A stretch of 32,000 nt of DNA from Acaryochloris marina MBIC11017. GTDB lineage: Bacteria; Cyanobacteriota; Cyanobacteriia; Thermosynechococcales; Thermosynechococcaceae. Location of the stretch: NCBI RefSeq assembly GCF_000018105.1, contig NC_009925.1, positions 90,001 to 122,000 on the forward strand, given 5' to 3'. A model generated the notes under the pieces. The model made no database searches and had not been told where the DNA came from. It saw only the letters and a program-made list of their open reading frames with translations. The position numbers and the translations under genes were made by a program. Shown piece by piece: positions 1 through 8,980 of the stretch (the first letter of the stretch is position 1; each line of letters starts with the position of its first letter).

Positions 1-1185
1 GCCAGTCATTTGCCCTTTAATCGCAATGGCCTCAAGTTCTTTACCGCCCAAGGGGGCCTAGGCAAAGGCGATATCACCCAAATCCTCAGTCTGGCTGCTG
101 AGCAGACATTTGAAAAAGCTGCAGATCCGGGTCAGGTGTCTGAGCATAACTTTATTGGCGTGTACGCAGCAGAACTCGTCAGCCAGATTCGCGCAGCCGT
201 TAATCATCCAGATCAGTTTGAGCAACCCTTGCAAGGGCTCCACATTGTGGTCGATGCTGGCAATGGAGCTGGAGGGTTTTATGCGGAGCAAGTCTTAAAG
301 CCCCTGGGAGCAGATATAACGGGCAGTCAATTCTTAGACCCAGATGGCACGTTCCCCAACCATATTCCAAATCCTGAGAACAAAGAAGCAATGGCGGCCA
401 TTTGCCAAGCCGTAACAGAACAGCAGGCTGACTTTGGCATTATTTTCGATACAGATGTTGATCGGGCTGCTGCTGTCGATCATTTGGGTCAAGACCTCAA
501 TCGCAATCGGCTAATTGCCTTGATCTCTGCTGTGGTATTGAGAGAACATCCGGGCTCCACCATTGTTACGGATTCCATTACCTCCGATGGGCTCTCCCAA
601 TTTATTGGAGATGAGTTAGGCGGCGTCCATCATCGGTTTAAGCGGGGCTACAAAAATGTGATCAATGAGTCCGTTCGCTTAAACCAATCTGGTCAAGAAT
701 CTTGGTTAGCCATTGAGACCTCCGGTCACGGGGCGATGAAGGAGAACTATTTTCTGGATGATGGGGCTTATTTGATCAGTAAACTGCTTGTCGAACTGGC
801 TAAGTCTAAGATGGCAGGTCGCAACATCACGGACTTGATCGCCAACCTCACAGAACCTCAGGAAAGTGAAGAATATCGCATCAAGATCCAGACGGATGAT
901 TTTAAAGCCCATGGCAACTCGGTGATTTCTAAGTTAGAAGAATTTGCTGGTCAACAAACAGACTGGCAGATCGTTCCCAATAACTATGAAGGGATTCGGA
1001 TCGCCTTAAACTCGCCCTCAGAGCAAGGCTGGTTGTTACTGCGATTATCACTCCACGATCCCGTTTTACCTCTAAATATTGAATCCAATGTAGAGGGAGG
1101 TGTGGCCAGTATTTCGGCTAAACTCACTTCCTTTTTCCAAAGTATCGATGGACTGAACTTGCCTCCAGAGCTTATCAGTTCCTAG
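1..1185 (+). CDS. alpha-D-phosphohexomutase family enzyme (phosphoglucomutase/phosphomannomutase-like); N-terminus lies outside the window
   Basis: Frame 1 is open from nt 1. Nt 1-30 encode ASHLPFNRNG, the phosphoserine loop (T-A-S-H-x-P...NG.K). This is followed by GNGAGG, the Mg-binding DTDVDR and the sugar-binding ETSGH. The track start at nt 10 is only an alternative-start artefact. Confidence 0.85.
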   Translation, partial: ASHLPFNRNGLKFFTAQGGLGKGDITQILSLAAEQTFEKAADPGQVSEHNFIGVYAAELVSQIRAAVNHPDQFEQPLQGLHIVVDAGNGAGGFYAEQVLKPLGADITGSQFLDPDGTFPNHIPNPENKEAMAAICQAVTEQQADFGIIFDTDVDRAAAVDHLGQDLNRNRLIALISAVVLREHPGSTIVTDSITSDGLSQFIGDELGGVHHRFKRGYKNVINESVRLNQSGQESWLAIETSGHGAMKENYFLDDGAYLISKLLVELAKSKMAGRNITDLIANLTEPQESEEYRIKIQTDDFKAHGNSVISKLEEFAGQQTDWQIVPNNYEGIRIALNSPSEQGWLLLRLSLHDPVLPLNIESNVEGGVASISAKLTSFFQSIDGLNLPPELISS

Positions 1186-1199
1186 AAACTGGCAGCTTC

Positions 1200-2102
1200 C
1201 TAGACCTGGGGGGTAGAAGGGCATTGTTCCGTCTGTACAGCTTCTATTTTTAAAACCGTGATCGGTGCAGGCAAGCTACCTTCTTTCAACTGGAAGGCCA
1301 AGTTTTTTGCCGTCTCCAAATCAAAGTTGCCAGTAATGACCGCAGCTCCCCCAGAAATCCCTGTTTTAGCAAACTGAGAGGAAACAGTTGCTTCACTTAA
1401 TAGTTGATCGTCCAGAAAAAAGCCGATGGGTCGCTGGGTACCAGCCATTTTCTGAGTGATTTGCTCAAATTGTTCAGCACCTTGGGCATCAAACCGGAGC
1501 GTGACATCCCAAAGATGCCCCACAGAAGCAATCTGGTACGATGCATCAATCAAATTCTTATCGGTTAACACGGGCGGGCCATATAGTTTTTTGTAGATCT
1601 GGGCTAGCTGCTTTTCAATTTGACGGAGATCGGATGACTTTGCGTCCAATTTAGGTTGAAGCTCTATCTTTTGAAGTATCAGGGATTCGGTTTGAGGAGT
1701 CGTTGGATTGTGTAGACGAAACGTTAAATGAGATCGCTGAGTGATTCGCTGCAAAGCTTGGCGTTGATCCAGCTGACTAGGCAGCTGAATTAAAAATTGA
1801 TCGGGGGGCAGGGGGATAAAACCAACCGATACCTGTCCCAGATTCAACAATCGCTCCCTTAAAACCGTTTGAACTTGGTCAAAGGCTTGCTCACGAGATA
1901 TCTTGTCTTCGTAGGCTTCTCCCATTCGAAGCGTAAGTTCAGTGCCTTGAAAGGGGCATAGTTGTGTAGAAGAAACGGTTGGAGGGATAGAAATCGGAAA
2001 TTGAGACCACAAATCAACGTCAGCACATTGAGTCGCTGTCGTTAATGCGAGCAATGCTGATGCGATTCCGGACTGCAAGCTATAGGGCATAAGCACTCCC
2101 AT
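1200..2102 (-). CDS. exported protein resembling the periplasmic P1-head domain of SecD, lacking the SecD membrane domain
   Basis: 300-aa ORF with a hydrophobic N-terminus (SGIASALLALTTATQC). The C-terminal part, GISGGAAVITGNFDLETAKNLAFQLKEGSLPAPITVLKIEAV, matches the SecD P1 motif (..ITG.F..eEA..LA..L..GaLPAP..i.Ee..vG). The upstream IQLPSQLDQRQALQRITQRSHLTFR is also SecD-like. No further TM segments. Confidence 0.6.
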   Translation of the reverse strand: MGVLMPYSLQSGIASALLALTTATQCADVDLWSQFPISIPPTVSSTQLCPFQGTELTLRMGEAYEDKISREQAFDQVQTVLRERLLNLGQVSVGFIPLPPDQFLIQLPSQLDQRQALQRITQRSHLTFRLHNPTTPQTESLILQKIELQPKLDAKSSDLRQIEKQLAQIYKKLYGPPVLTDKNLIDASYQIASVGHLWDVTLRFDAQGAEQFEQITQKMAGTQRPIGFFLDDQLLSEATVSSQFAKTGISGGAAVITGNFDLETAKNLAFQLKEGSLPAPITVLKIEAVQTEQCPSTPQV

Positions 2103-2203
2103 CTCGATTTATCTCTCCATGCTAAATCACCCTAAGATCATTGAACCGATCCCCTTTGGGCATTTTGCCTCATTTCACTTTTAACCTCATTTCAGAGACA
2201 ACT

Positions 2204-3379
2204 ATGTTCTATCGATTGTTACAACTTCTCATTGGGATCGGGCTATTTCTCAGTCTCTGGATAGTCGTTCCAGCTCCCACATTTTCGTTACTTCCCCTGG
2301 GAGTTGGAGCCCCTGAAATTAGTCCAGCGTTAATGGTACTAAATGCGATAGCACTCTTGCTCACGCTGTTTTACCACAGCCGCAAGACCGCCTTTCGGAT
2401 CATGATGGTAGGAGGCCTGTTGGGATTAGTGTTGAGTAGCTTGCCCCTGATTCAACTTCCTAGGGCCATTCAACAAGCGAATGGGGCAATGCAAACCAAC
2501 CTAGGCAAAGATTATTTAGCTAAATTATCGCCAGCCCAGCAAGCCCAACTCCGCCCCCATCCTTTTAGTCTTCTCGACTTTATTCGCCAAATCCCCCTGG
2601 GAGATATCCGTCAAGATTTGGGGATTCCCTTTGCTCAGCCCGATGGACAGACCCTAAAACTCAATCTTTACCGCCCTCCCCAGCCAGGGCTCTATCCAGG
2701 CATTGTTGTGATTTACGGAGGGGCATGGCGGACAGGGAGCCCTAACAGCAACAGCCAATTCAGTCAGTATCTCGCAGCTCGGGGTTACGTCGTTTGGGCC
2801 ATTTCCTATCGACATGCCCCCCACTACAAATTTCCTGCTCAACTGGAAGATGTGCAAACAGCTCTCACTTTTATCAAAGATCACGCATTGGATTACGAGA
2901 CAGATCCAAATCGAGTGGCATTATTGGGGCGCTCTGCTGGGGGTCACCTGGCAACATTGGCTGCTTTTAAGAACAGCGATCTTCCTATTCGAGCAGTAGT
3001 TAGTTATTACAGTCCTGTCGAATTAGCAAAAAGCTATTATGATCCCCCTTTCCCGGACCCTATTGATGTCAAATCAGTGTTGAGGTCGTTCATTGGAGGT
3101 GATCCCAAACAATTTCCTGAGAAATACAGACAAGCCTCACCTATTCATGCCGTCAAGCCCAATCTTCCTCCTACTTTGCTAGTTTATGGAGCGCAAGATC
3201 ATCTTGTAGAAGTAAAATATGGTCGAAAAATGCTCAAAAAACTTCAATCCGAGAAAAATATAGTTGTCATGCTTGACATTCCATGGGCAGAGCACGCATT
3301 TGATGCAGTTTTTAGTGGTGTTAGCAACCAGTTTGCCCTCTACTATACGGAACGTTTTTTAGCTTGGGCGCTACTCTAA
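2204..3379 (+). CDS. membrane-anchored alpha/beta-fold hydrolase (esterase/lipase type)
   Basis: The first ATG is at 2204 (MFYRLLQLLIGIGLF...); the track start at 2141 is TTG. About 100 aa of hydrophobic segments come first. The catalytic domain has an oxyanion-type YGGAW, a nucleophile elbow G-R-S-A-G-G, and later QDHLV and AEHAF (candidate Asp/His). Confidence 0.8.
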   Translation: MFYRLLQLLIGIGLFLSLWIVVPAPTFSLLPLGVGAPEISPALMVLNAIALLLTLFYHSRKTAFRIMMVGGLLGLVLSSLPLIQLPRAIQQANGAMQTNLGKDYLAKLSPAQQAQLRPHPFSLLDFIRQIPLGDIRQDLGIPFAQPDGQTLKLNLYRPPQPGLYPGIVVIYGGAWRTGSPNSNSQFSQYLAARGYVVWAISYRHAPHYKFPAQLEDVQTALTFIKDHALDYETDPNRVALLGRSAGGHLATLAAFKNSDLPIRAVVSYYSPVELAKSYYDPPFPDPIDVKSVLRSFIGGDPKQFPEKYRQASPIHAVKPNLPPTLLVYGAQDHLVEVKYGRKMLKKLQSEKNIVVMLDIPWAEHAFDAVFSGVSNQFALYYTERFLAWALL

Positions 3380-3722
3380 CAGTTATTGGCATTATCAGCA
3401 CTTACAATCAATTAGTGCATAGCCAAGAACAAAGTTTGGATTGGATTGTAATCAGTTCAATCCATTAAATGGCAGCGAATAAAAAACCGAAGAAAAGCAC
3501 TCGTTGGAGCTATTTGGCTGTAATGAATAAAGTTTGGCCATTCTGAGCAAACAAGTTCATCGATTTGCTCCAATGAGTTGTCCAGTATAAGCTAACACTG
3601 GGATCAAAAAAATTATAAGCAACAAAACCTCGAAGGATTAAACACAAGCGAGTTATCCATTTCGTCATGCGAAAAAATCATCCAACACCATAAAAATATT
3701 GCCATTAAGTCATCATAAGCCT

Positions 3723-5060
3723 ATGGTCAGCAACTCAAAGAAAGATTCAGGGAGTCAGGCGATTGTTCTAGGTGGAAGCATTGCTGGTCTTCTCAGTGCG
3801 CGCGTTTTGTCAGAGTATTTTGATCAAGTTATTGTTATTGAAGCTGATCAACTCCCTATAAGTCCTTTTCCTCGACCCGGCGTTGCGCAGTCTATCCATC
3901 CTCATATTCTGTTTGCCAAAGGATACCGAATCCTTCAAAAACTTTATCCCACAATTGAAGGTGAATTGATTTCTAAAGGTGGAGTAAAAATTAATTGGGC
4001 TGCAGATTTACACCTTTTTTTAAATGGAAAGTGGTTTACTCAAGCCCATGAAGAAACTGAGTTTACCTCTTTTTCTTGTAGTCGCCCCCTTTTAGAGTGG
4101 GCGATTCGAAAATTAACATTTTCGATTAGTAATATCAAACTACTGGAAAAGCATCGAGCCACTGGACTCCTTGCAGATCCCAGCGCTGGTATTGTTACTG
4201 GTGTAGAAGTTAATGATGGTCAGGTTACTGTACCCATTCTGGGCCAGTTGGTGATTGATGCTAGTGGTCATAAATCCAGACTGCCTCAGTGGTTAGATAA
4301 GGCAGGTTTCCAGAAACCCTCCGAGACTGTTATTGATCCTTTTTTAGGCTACGCTACCCGACTATATGAGCAACCCAAGGACTTTCATGTTGATTGGCAA
4401 GTATTGTCAATTTCTCATACCCCACCTCACAATCCCCGCCGAGGCTACATTGCATTTATTGAGAATGATCAGTGGCTAACAACACTTGGAGGATTTGGAG
4501 GTGAATTTCCTCCAAATGATGATCAAGGTTATATAGACTATGCAAAAACTTTGGCGAGTGACAAATTCTATCAGGCCATCAAGCTTGCTAAGCCTGCATC
4601 TGAGATTTATTTGTATAGAGCAAATTCCAATCGGTTAAGACATTATGAGAACACTCCTCTTCCCCAAAATTTGATTGCATTAGGCGATTCTGTCTGTTCC
4701 CTCTGTCCAGTCTATGGCCAAGGTATGACCCTTAGCGCAGAAGCTTCGTTAGTCTTAAAAGGTTGGCTTGAGCAATCTCGAGGGAAAGATTTGTGTAGTT
4801 CTAAATTTCAAAAAAAGCTTGCAAAGTCTAACACTCTCGCCTGGATGTATGCAACATCTCAAGATTCTCGTTTTCTAAGTACCAAAAATAGAATTGCTCC
4901 AAGTGGACTTAGTAAGTTTATTGCCAAATACAACGAACGTCTTCTTGAAAAGGCATCTGAAGATCCACGTTTGTATACATTGTTCCTAGAAGTTATCCAC
5001 CAGCTGAAATCACCATTTGCTGTTATCAACCCTTGGGTTGCATATCAGATTTTCCGTTGA
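3723..5060 (+). CDS. FAD-dependent oxidoreductase/monooxygenase family protein
   Basis: N-terminal Rossmann dinucleotide motif VLGGSIAGLLSA(R)...VIVIE, and a later GD motif (ALGDSVCSLCPVYGQGM). The ATG at 3723 is preferred over the track TTG at 3699. The gene and its upstream spacer look more AT-rich than their neighbours. Confidence 0.7.
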   Translation: MVSNSKKDSGSQAIVLGGSIAGLLSARVLSEYFDQVIVIEADQLPISPFPRPGVAQSIHPHILFAKGYRILQKLYPTIEGELISKGGVKINWAADLHLFLNGKWFTQAHEETEFTSFSCSRPLLEWAIRKLTFSISNIKLLEKHRATGLLADPSAGIVTGVEVNDGQVTVPILGQLVIDASGHKSRLPQWLDKAGFQKPSETVIDPFLGYATRLYEQPKDFHVDWQVLSISHTPPHNPRRGYIAFIENDQWLTTLGGFGGEFPPNDDQGYIDYAKTLASDKFYQAIKLAKPASEIYLYRANSNRLRHYENTPLPQNLIALGDSVCSLCPVYGQGMTLSAEASLVLKGWLEQSRGKDLCSSKFQKKLAKSNTLAWMYATSQDSRFLSTKNRIAPSGLSKFIAKYNERLLEKASEDPRLYTLFLEVIHQLKSPFAVINPWVAYQIFR

Positions 5061-5192
5061 GTAAGCCTTTTACTTCCCATGTTGGAGTCTCATAAAAAAA
5101 CCGGAGTCAAAAAAGGTAGTCTCTCTTCATAGTTATTTACTGCTTTTGTGCCTAAGATGAAGGTTGGATTGCACACAACGGGAGGTGGCCCC

Positions 5193-5660
5193 ATGTCTAC
5201 AGAAGCAACAGCAGTCAAGAAACTCATTGAACAACAGAGCTTTGGTGTCCTGTCTACAACATCAGTAGCTGTGGAAGGTTTTCCCTTTGGGTCTGTCACC
5301 CCCTATAGCTTGACGGAATCCTATCATCCTCTAATTTTTATCAGCAATTTAGCCCAACACACTAAAAACATCATTAATGATAATCGCGTCTCTCTAATCA
5401 TCCTGGAAAATTTGCAGGATGGGTCCGAGGATCCACAAAAGCATGGACGTGCCAGTATTCTGGGACGAGCAACACCATTAGAAACAACGGGCGCTGAGAA
5501 CGAAGCGAAGTACCAACGCTATTTTCAGCGGTTTCCTGAGTCTGAAGGATATCAGAACACCCATGGCTTTCAGCTCTATGAGATTACGCCGGTGCGGATT
5601 CGCTTTATTGGTGGGTTTGGAAAGATTTTCTGGTTAGAGCCTGAGCAATTGACCGCATAA
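5193..5660 (+). CDS. pyridoxamine-5'-phosphate-oxidase-like (split-barrel FMN-binding) family protein
   Basis: The ATG at 5193 is preceded by GGGAGG 7 nt upstream. VLSTTSVAVEGFPFGSVTPY...RVSL and the C-terminal FQLYEITPVRIRFIGGFGKI are typical of PNPOx/HugZ-like split-barrel proteins. Confidence 0.6.
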   Translation: MSTEATAVKKLIEQQSFGVLSTTSVAVEGFPFGSVTPYSLTESYHPLIFISNLAQHTKNIINDNRVSLIILENLQDGSEDPQKHGRASILGRATPLETTGAENEAKYQRYFQRFPESEGYQNTHGFQLYEITPVRIRFIGGFGKIFWLEPEQLTA

Positions 5661-5662
5661 AA

Positions 5663-7660
5663 TTAGTATTGCTGCTGGGAAATATCCATCCAGGCCCTCA
5701 GAATTTCGGCAACGGACCAAGCTTGGGTGAAACAGCCTCGGGGATAAAACGGTGGGTCGCCATCAAAAATTTCACTAATACTGCCCAAACCGTGGGTCTG
5801 AAGATGATTGGCAATGGGGTTCAGCAAGGATAGGGCTTGTTGAGGGTTTTTATAGACTCGGTAATGAGCTTGAACGTAGGGTCCTAAGAGCCAACCCCAT
5901 ACGGTCCCTTGATGATATCGACTATCTCGTTTCACTTGATCCCCCCCATAAGTTCCTTGGTATTGAGGATCGTCCGGGGAGAGGGACCGCAACCCATAAG
6001 ATGTGAGTAAATAGCGTCCACAGGTCTCAACCACCGCCTGTTGCTGCTCATCTGTTAGCAACGCCGGATGATCTGCTGCTCCCGAGACAAGAGGGAGCGA
6101 TACGGCAAAGATTTGATTGGGTCGCAAGGTGAGGTCATCTCCCTGGGGACCATCAATTACATCGGCACAGTAGCCTTGGGAAGGCTGCCAAAATCTTTGG
6201 AACCCTTCCACCATGAGTTGAGCCATGTCTCGATAAACCTGTTGGGGCTGGCCGAGCTGTTGAGCAAACCGTTCCATACTTCGCAGGGCGTTATACCATA
6301 GCGCATTAATTTCAATGGGTTTTCCCATTCTTGGAGTGACCACCCAATCCCCAATTTTGGCATCCATCCAGGTCAGTTGTGCCCCCTCCTCCCCGGCATA
6401 GAGCAGCCCATCTGTATCCACATGGATTTGGTAGCGCGTTCCTTGCCGATGCCAATCAATCACCCTTACCAACACTGGGAATAACTCTTCCAGTAGTTCA
6501 TTATCTTGGATCGCCACAGTGTAGATGCGGATGGCTTCAAAGTACCAGAGAATCGCATCAACGGTATTGTAATCCGGTAGCTTTCCCACCTCTGGAAAGA
6601 CATTAGGTAGCATCCCCTGATTTAGATACCGGGCAAAGGTGCGAATGATTGTTCGGGCGATTCGAGGTCTCCCCGTCGAAATCGTGAGGCCAGGGAGGCT
6701 AATCATGGTATCTCGCCCCCAATCCCCAAACCAGGGATAGCCTGCAATTATCGTTTTTCCCTCGGGTTCTTCAGCTAAGGGTCGATTCACAATAAACTGA
6801 TCAGCCGCTAAGGCTAATTGCTGAATCCATTGGGGCATTGGGGATGCGGGGACGTCCAGCTCCCCGCGAATCATTTCCTCATAAAAGCGGCGCTCCAGTA
6901 AGGCGGTAGCTCCATCTAAATTGGCCTGAGGTAGAGTACTGGCAACCACCGTCAGGCTATCACCGGGGTTAAGAACGACCTCTAAAGTGGTGATGTGTAG
7001 ATGATTATCTTGATCATCTAATCCTCGGTATTGCTCAAGCCCCAGTTCAAACCCTTGATACCACTGGTGTTGCGTAACTAAGCCTCCCTGGCTGACCAAT
7101 AAATAAAAGGGGGTCGCCGTATCATTCGCCTTAATTCGAATGCCCTGGGCAACGGACTGAGTCTGCATTTGCCATTGATGGGAATGGGTTTGACTATGGT
7201 GATCCCGATAATTAATTAAGGCTTTAACAGATAAGGCAACGGGACCACTACCCCGCTGAAGCTGATAGTAGATATAGGTCGTATTCTCGCCCTGCTGCAT
7301 CCACACCCTTTTTTCCAGTAGAGCATCTGCCAGGGCATAGGACCAACAAGGCACCGTTCCTTCTAACTCAAATTTCTCCAAATAGCGATAGCCTTGGGGG
7401 GTTACACTCCCATCTGCCCATTGATTTGTAGAGAGTTCAAACAGCTCACCGTTATAAAGAGCCGTTTCCTCCAGTTTGGAGAGTAAGAGGGTTCGCTCCA
7501 ATGGCGGATTCAAGGCTGCAATGAGCAACCCATGATATCGCCGGGTAAGCAGGCCCGCCACGGTTCCAGCGGCATATCCGCCGATCCCATTGGTCACGAG
7601 CCATTCCCGGGTGGAGGCGATTTGGAGTTCGCTCGTAATCTCTCGCCCTAACTGGATCAT
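5663..7660 (-). CDS. glycogen debranching enzyme (amylo-alpha-1,6-glucosidase family, bacterial/archaeal type)
   Basis: 665-aa ORF. The N-terminus REWLVTNGIGGYAAGTVAG..TRRYHGLL matches the bacterial GDE N-domain. The (alpha/alpha)6 part has AGYPWFGDWGRDTMISLPGL, NALWYNAL and C-terminal QAWSVAE motifs. Confidence 0.8.
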   Translation of the reverse strand: MIQLGREITSELQIASTREWLVTNGIGGYAAGTVAGLLTRRYHGLLIAALNPPLERTLLLSKLEETALYNGELFELSTNQWADGSVTPQGYRYLEKFELEGTVPCWSYALADALLEKRVWMQQGENTTYIYYQLQRGSGPVALSVKALINYRDHHSQTHSHQWQMQTQSVAQGIRIKANDTATPFYLLVSQGGLVTQHQWYQGFELGLEQYRGLDDQDNHLHITTLEVVLNPGDSLTVVASTLPQANLDGATALLERRFYEEMIRGELDVPASPMPQWIQQLALAADQFIVNRPLAEEPEGKTIIAGYPWFGDWGRDTMISLPGLTISTGRPRIARTIIRTFARYLNQGMLPNVFPEVGKLPDYNTVDAILWYFEAIRIYTVAIQDNELLEELFPVLVRVIDWHRQGTRYQIHVDTDGLLYAGEEGAQLTWMDAKIGDWVVTPRMGKPIEINALWYNALRSMERFAQQLGQPQQVYRDMAQLMVEGFQRFWQPSQGYCADVIDGPQGDDLTLRPNQIFAVSLPLVSGAADHPALLTDEQQQAVVETCGRYLLTSYGLRSLSPDDPQYQGTYGGDQVKRDSRYHQGTVWGWLLGPYVQAHYRVYKNPQQALSLLNPIANHLQTHGLGSISEIFDGDPPFYPRGCFTQAWSVAEILRAWMDISQQQY

Positions 7661-7762
7661 TCTTTGTCCCCCTTTTGAAGCGATTCATCTTAATTACAGA
7701 GATGGTGCTTATTGTTCCGTTAGCTTAGGGACATTTCCGTTAGGTTGGTTGAGGATGTTCAA

Positions 7763-8551
7763 TTAACTTAAAGAATCAGAAAACTGAATGGATCGGTTAT
7801 TGAGAGCTTGAACTGGTCTAGCATTTGCGTGAAACTGGGACTTAAAGGTACTGATTTGCTGGCGAGAGGCTTGAATGGGTTGCTTAAGGATGGCCCAATT
7901 GACGGACTCACTACAGGGGGGAGTCGTCAGGGATCCTTGGTAATGGTAAAAACTGCGATCGCGGGGCAGTAGCGAACGAACGTCAATCTCTAAATTAGGT
8001 GCATTCTCTTCTTCCACCGCAGGCATATTCTCCCAAATCTCATCCAATAAGGGATTAGCAGCCCCTGGCTGAATCATGACCCCCAGCACCGCTAACTCAT
8101 CTGCTGCATTTTTATGCACCAGGTGCATTTCCATGGCGCTGGATTTATTGTTAATCCGGTGTTCACTCGGAGCGTGGAAATGAAACTGGACTAATTCATA
8201 GGTTTGATTATTCACGGTTAGGGTATTCCCGGCGGCGTAGTTTACGGTTACTGTGCGCCCATTATTGACTTCATCCAATGGAGAAGCGTGATAGTCCACA
8301 TTTAAGGTTTCGTGATTGCTGCTGAGATCTTGCGATCGCAAGTTGATCGGTGACTGTGACTGCCCCGTTGCACAGAGGGAATAATCGGACTGTAATTCTG
8401 ACCAATGCCCGGGATCAGATGTGCCTTCATAGCTCCAGATCGGTGTTGCGATCGCAGGTATTGCCAATAGCATCCAAGCTAGACAAATCAAACTGATGAG
8501 ACGAGGAAAAAACTTGTTGAAGTGGTGCATAGTACGTAGAGGGTAATGCAA
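7763..8551 (-). CDS. ecaA: periplasmic alpha-class carbonic anhydrase
   Basis: Signal peptide (LISLICLAWMLLAIPAIATP). Alpha-CA hallmarks are SPINL, the zinc-histidine block QFHFHAPSEH...MEMHLVH, and YQGSLTTPPCSESVNW. The true start may be the internal Met (MHHFNKFF). Confidence 0.9.
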   Translation of the reverse strand: MHYPLRTMHHFNKFFPRLISLICLAWMLLAIPAIATPIWSYEGTSDPGHWSELQSDYSLCATGQSQSPINLRSQDLSSNHETLNVDYHASPLDEVNNGRTVTVNYAAGNTLTVNNQTYELVQFHFHAPSEHRINNKSSAMEMHLVHKNAADELAVLGVMIQPGAANPLLDEIWENMPAVEEENAPNLEIDVRSLLPRDRSFYHYQGSLTTPPCSESVNWAILKQPIQASRQQISTFKSQFHANARPVQALNNRSIQFSDSLS

Positions 8552-8972
8552 GCTTTTTTGACTCTAAATCAATCATTGCCCCTAAAGAATCAAGATTTCT
8601 TAACCTCCTTAGTTCTATTTGAAAAGCCATTCTGGTCAGATCAATTTGCAACTCACAGATCTAAGCAAAAAACTTGAAATAATCAGTTCTGTGGCCTAAA
8701 TCAAAGACTAAACTTAAAAAACTGTTAACTGTACATCAAAATATACTCTATAAGTAGCTCAACCTTGTTCAAAAGCTCAATTAGATGAAGTTGAATGAAT
8801 CTACCCACACTATCGTTTAGGAGATTGTGAGGATGGGTGCCCGATTACGTACTTTATTGAATAGCTCAGAAGAACAGACCTTATTTGAACTGAGGACAGC
8901 AACAACAGTCCCCCAACGGGTCAAAGATCGAGCCGCAATGATTCGATTGAGTCATCAGGGGATGTATGTAGA

Positions 8973-8980
8973 GAAAATTG
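8973..8980. repeat. left copy of the 8-bp ISL3 target-site duplication (GAAAATTG)
   Basis: Immediately abuts the left IR and is identical to 10366-10373. Confidence 0.9.

Noticed and set aside
58-912. Short ORFs nested in or antisense to the phosphohexomutase gene (58-291, 110-298, 200-391, 706-912). Similar nested ORFs occur inside other well-supported genes (2654-2884, 2814-2999, 6068-6606, 7452-7688, 8427-8651, 14556-15382, 18439-18732, 27738-27969, 30107-30361, 31301-31603).
   Set aside because: All are embedded in genes with strong family motifs in another frame or strand, and none has features of its own.
3510-3668. 52-codon minus-strand ORF (MTKWITRLCLILRGFVAYNFF...) in the AT-rich spacer upstream of the FAD gene.
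   Set aside because: It has no RBS, no motif and no conservation evidence available, and ORFs of this size arise by chance.
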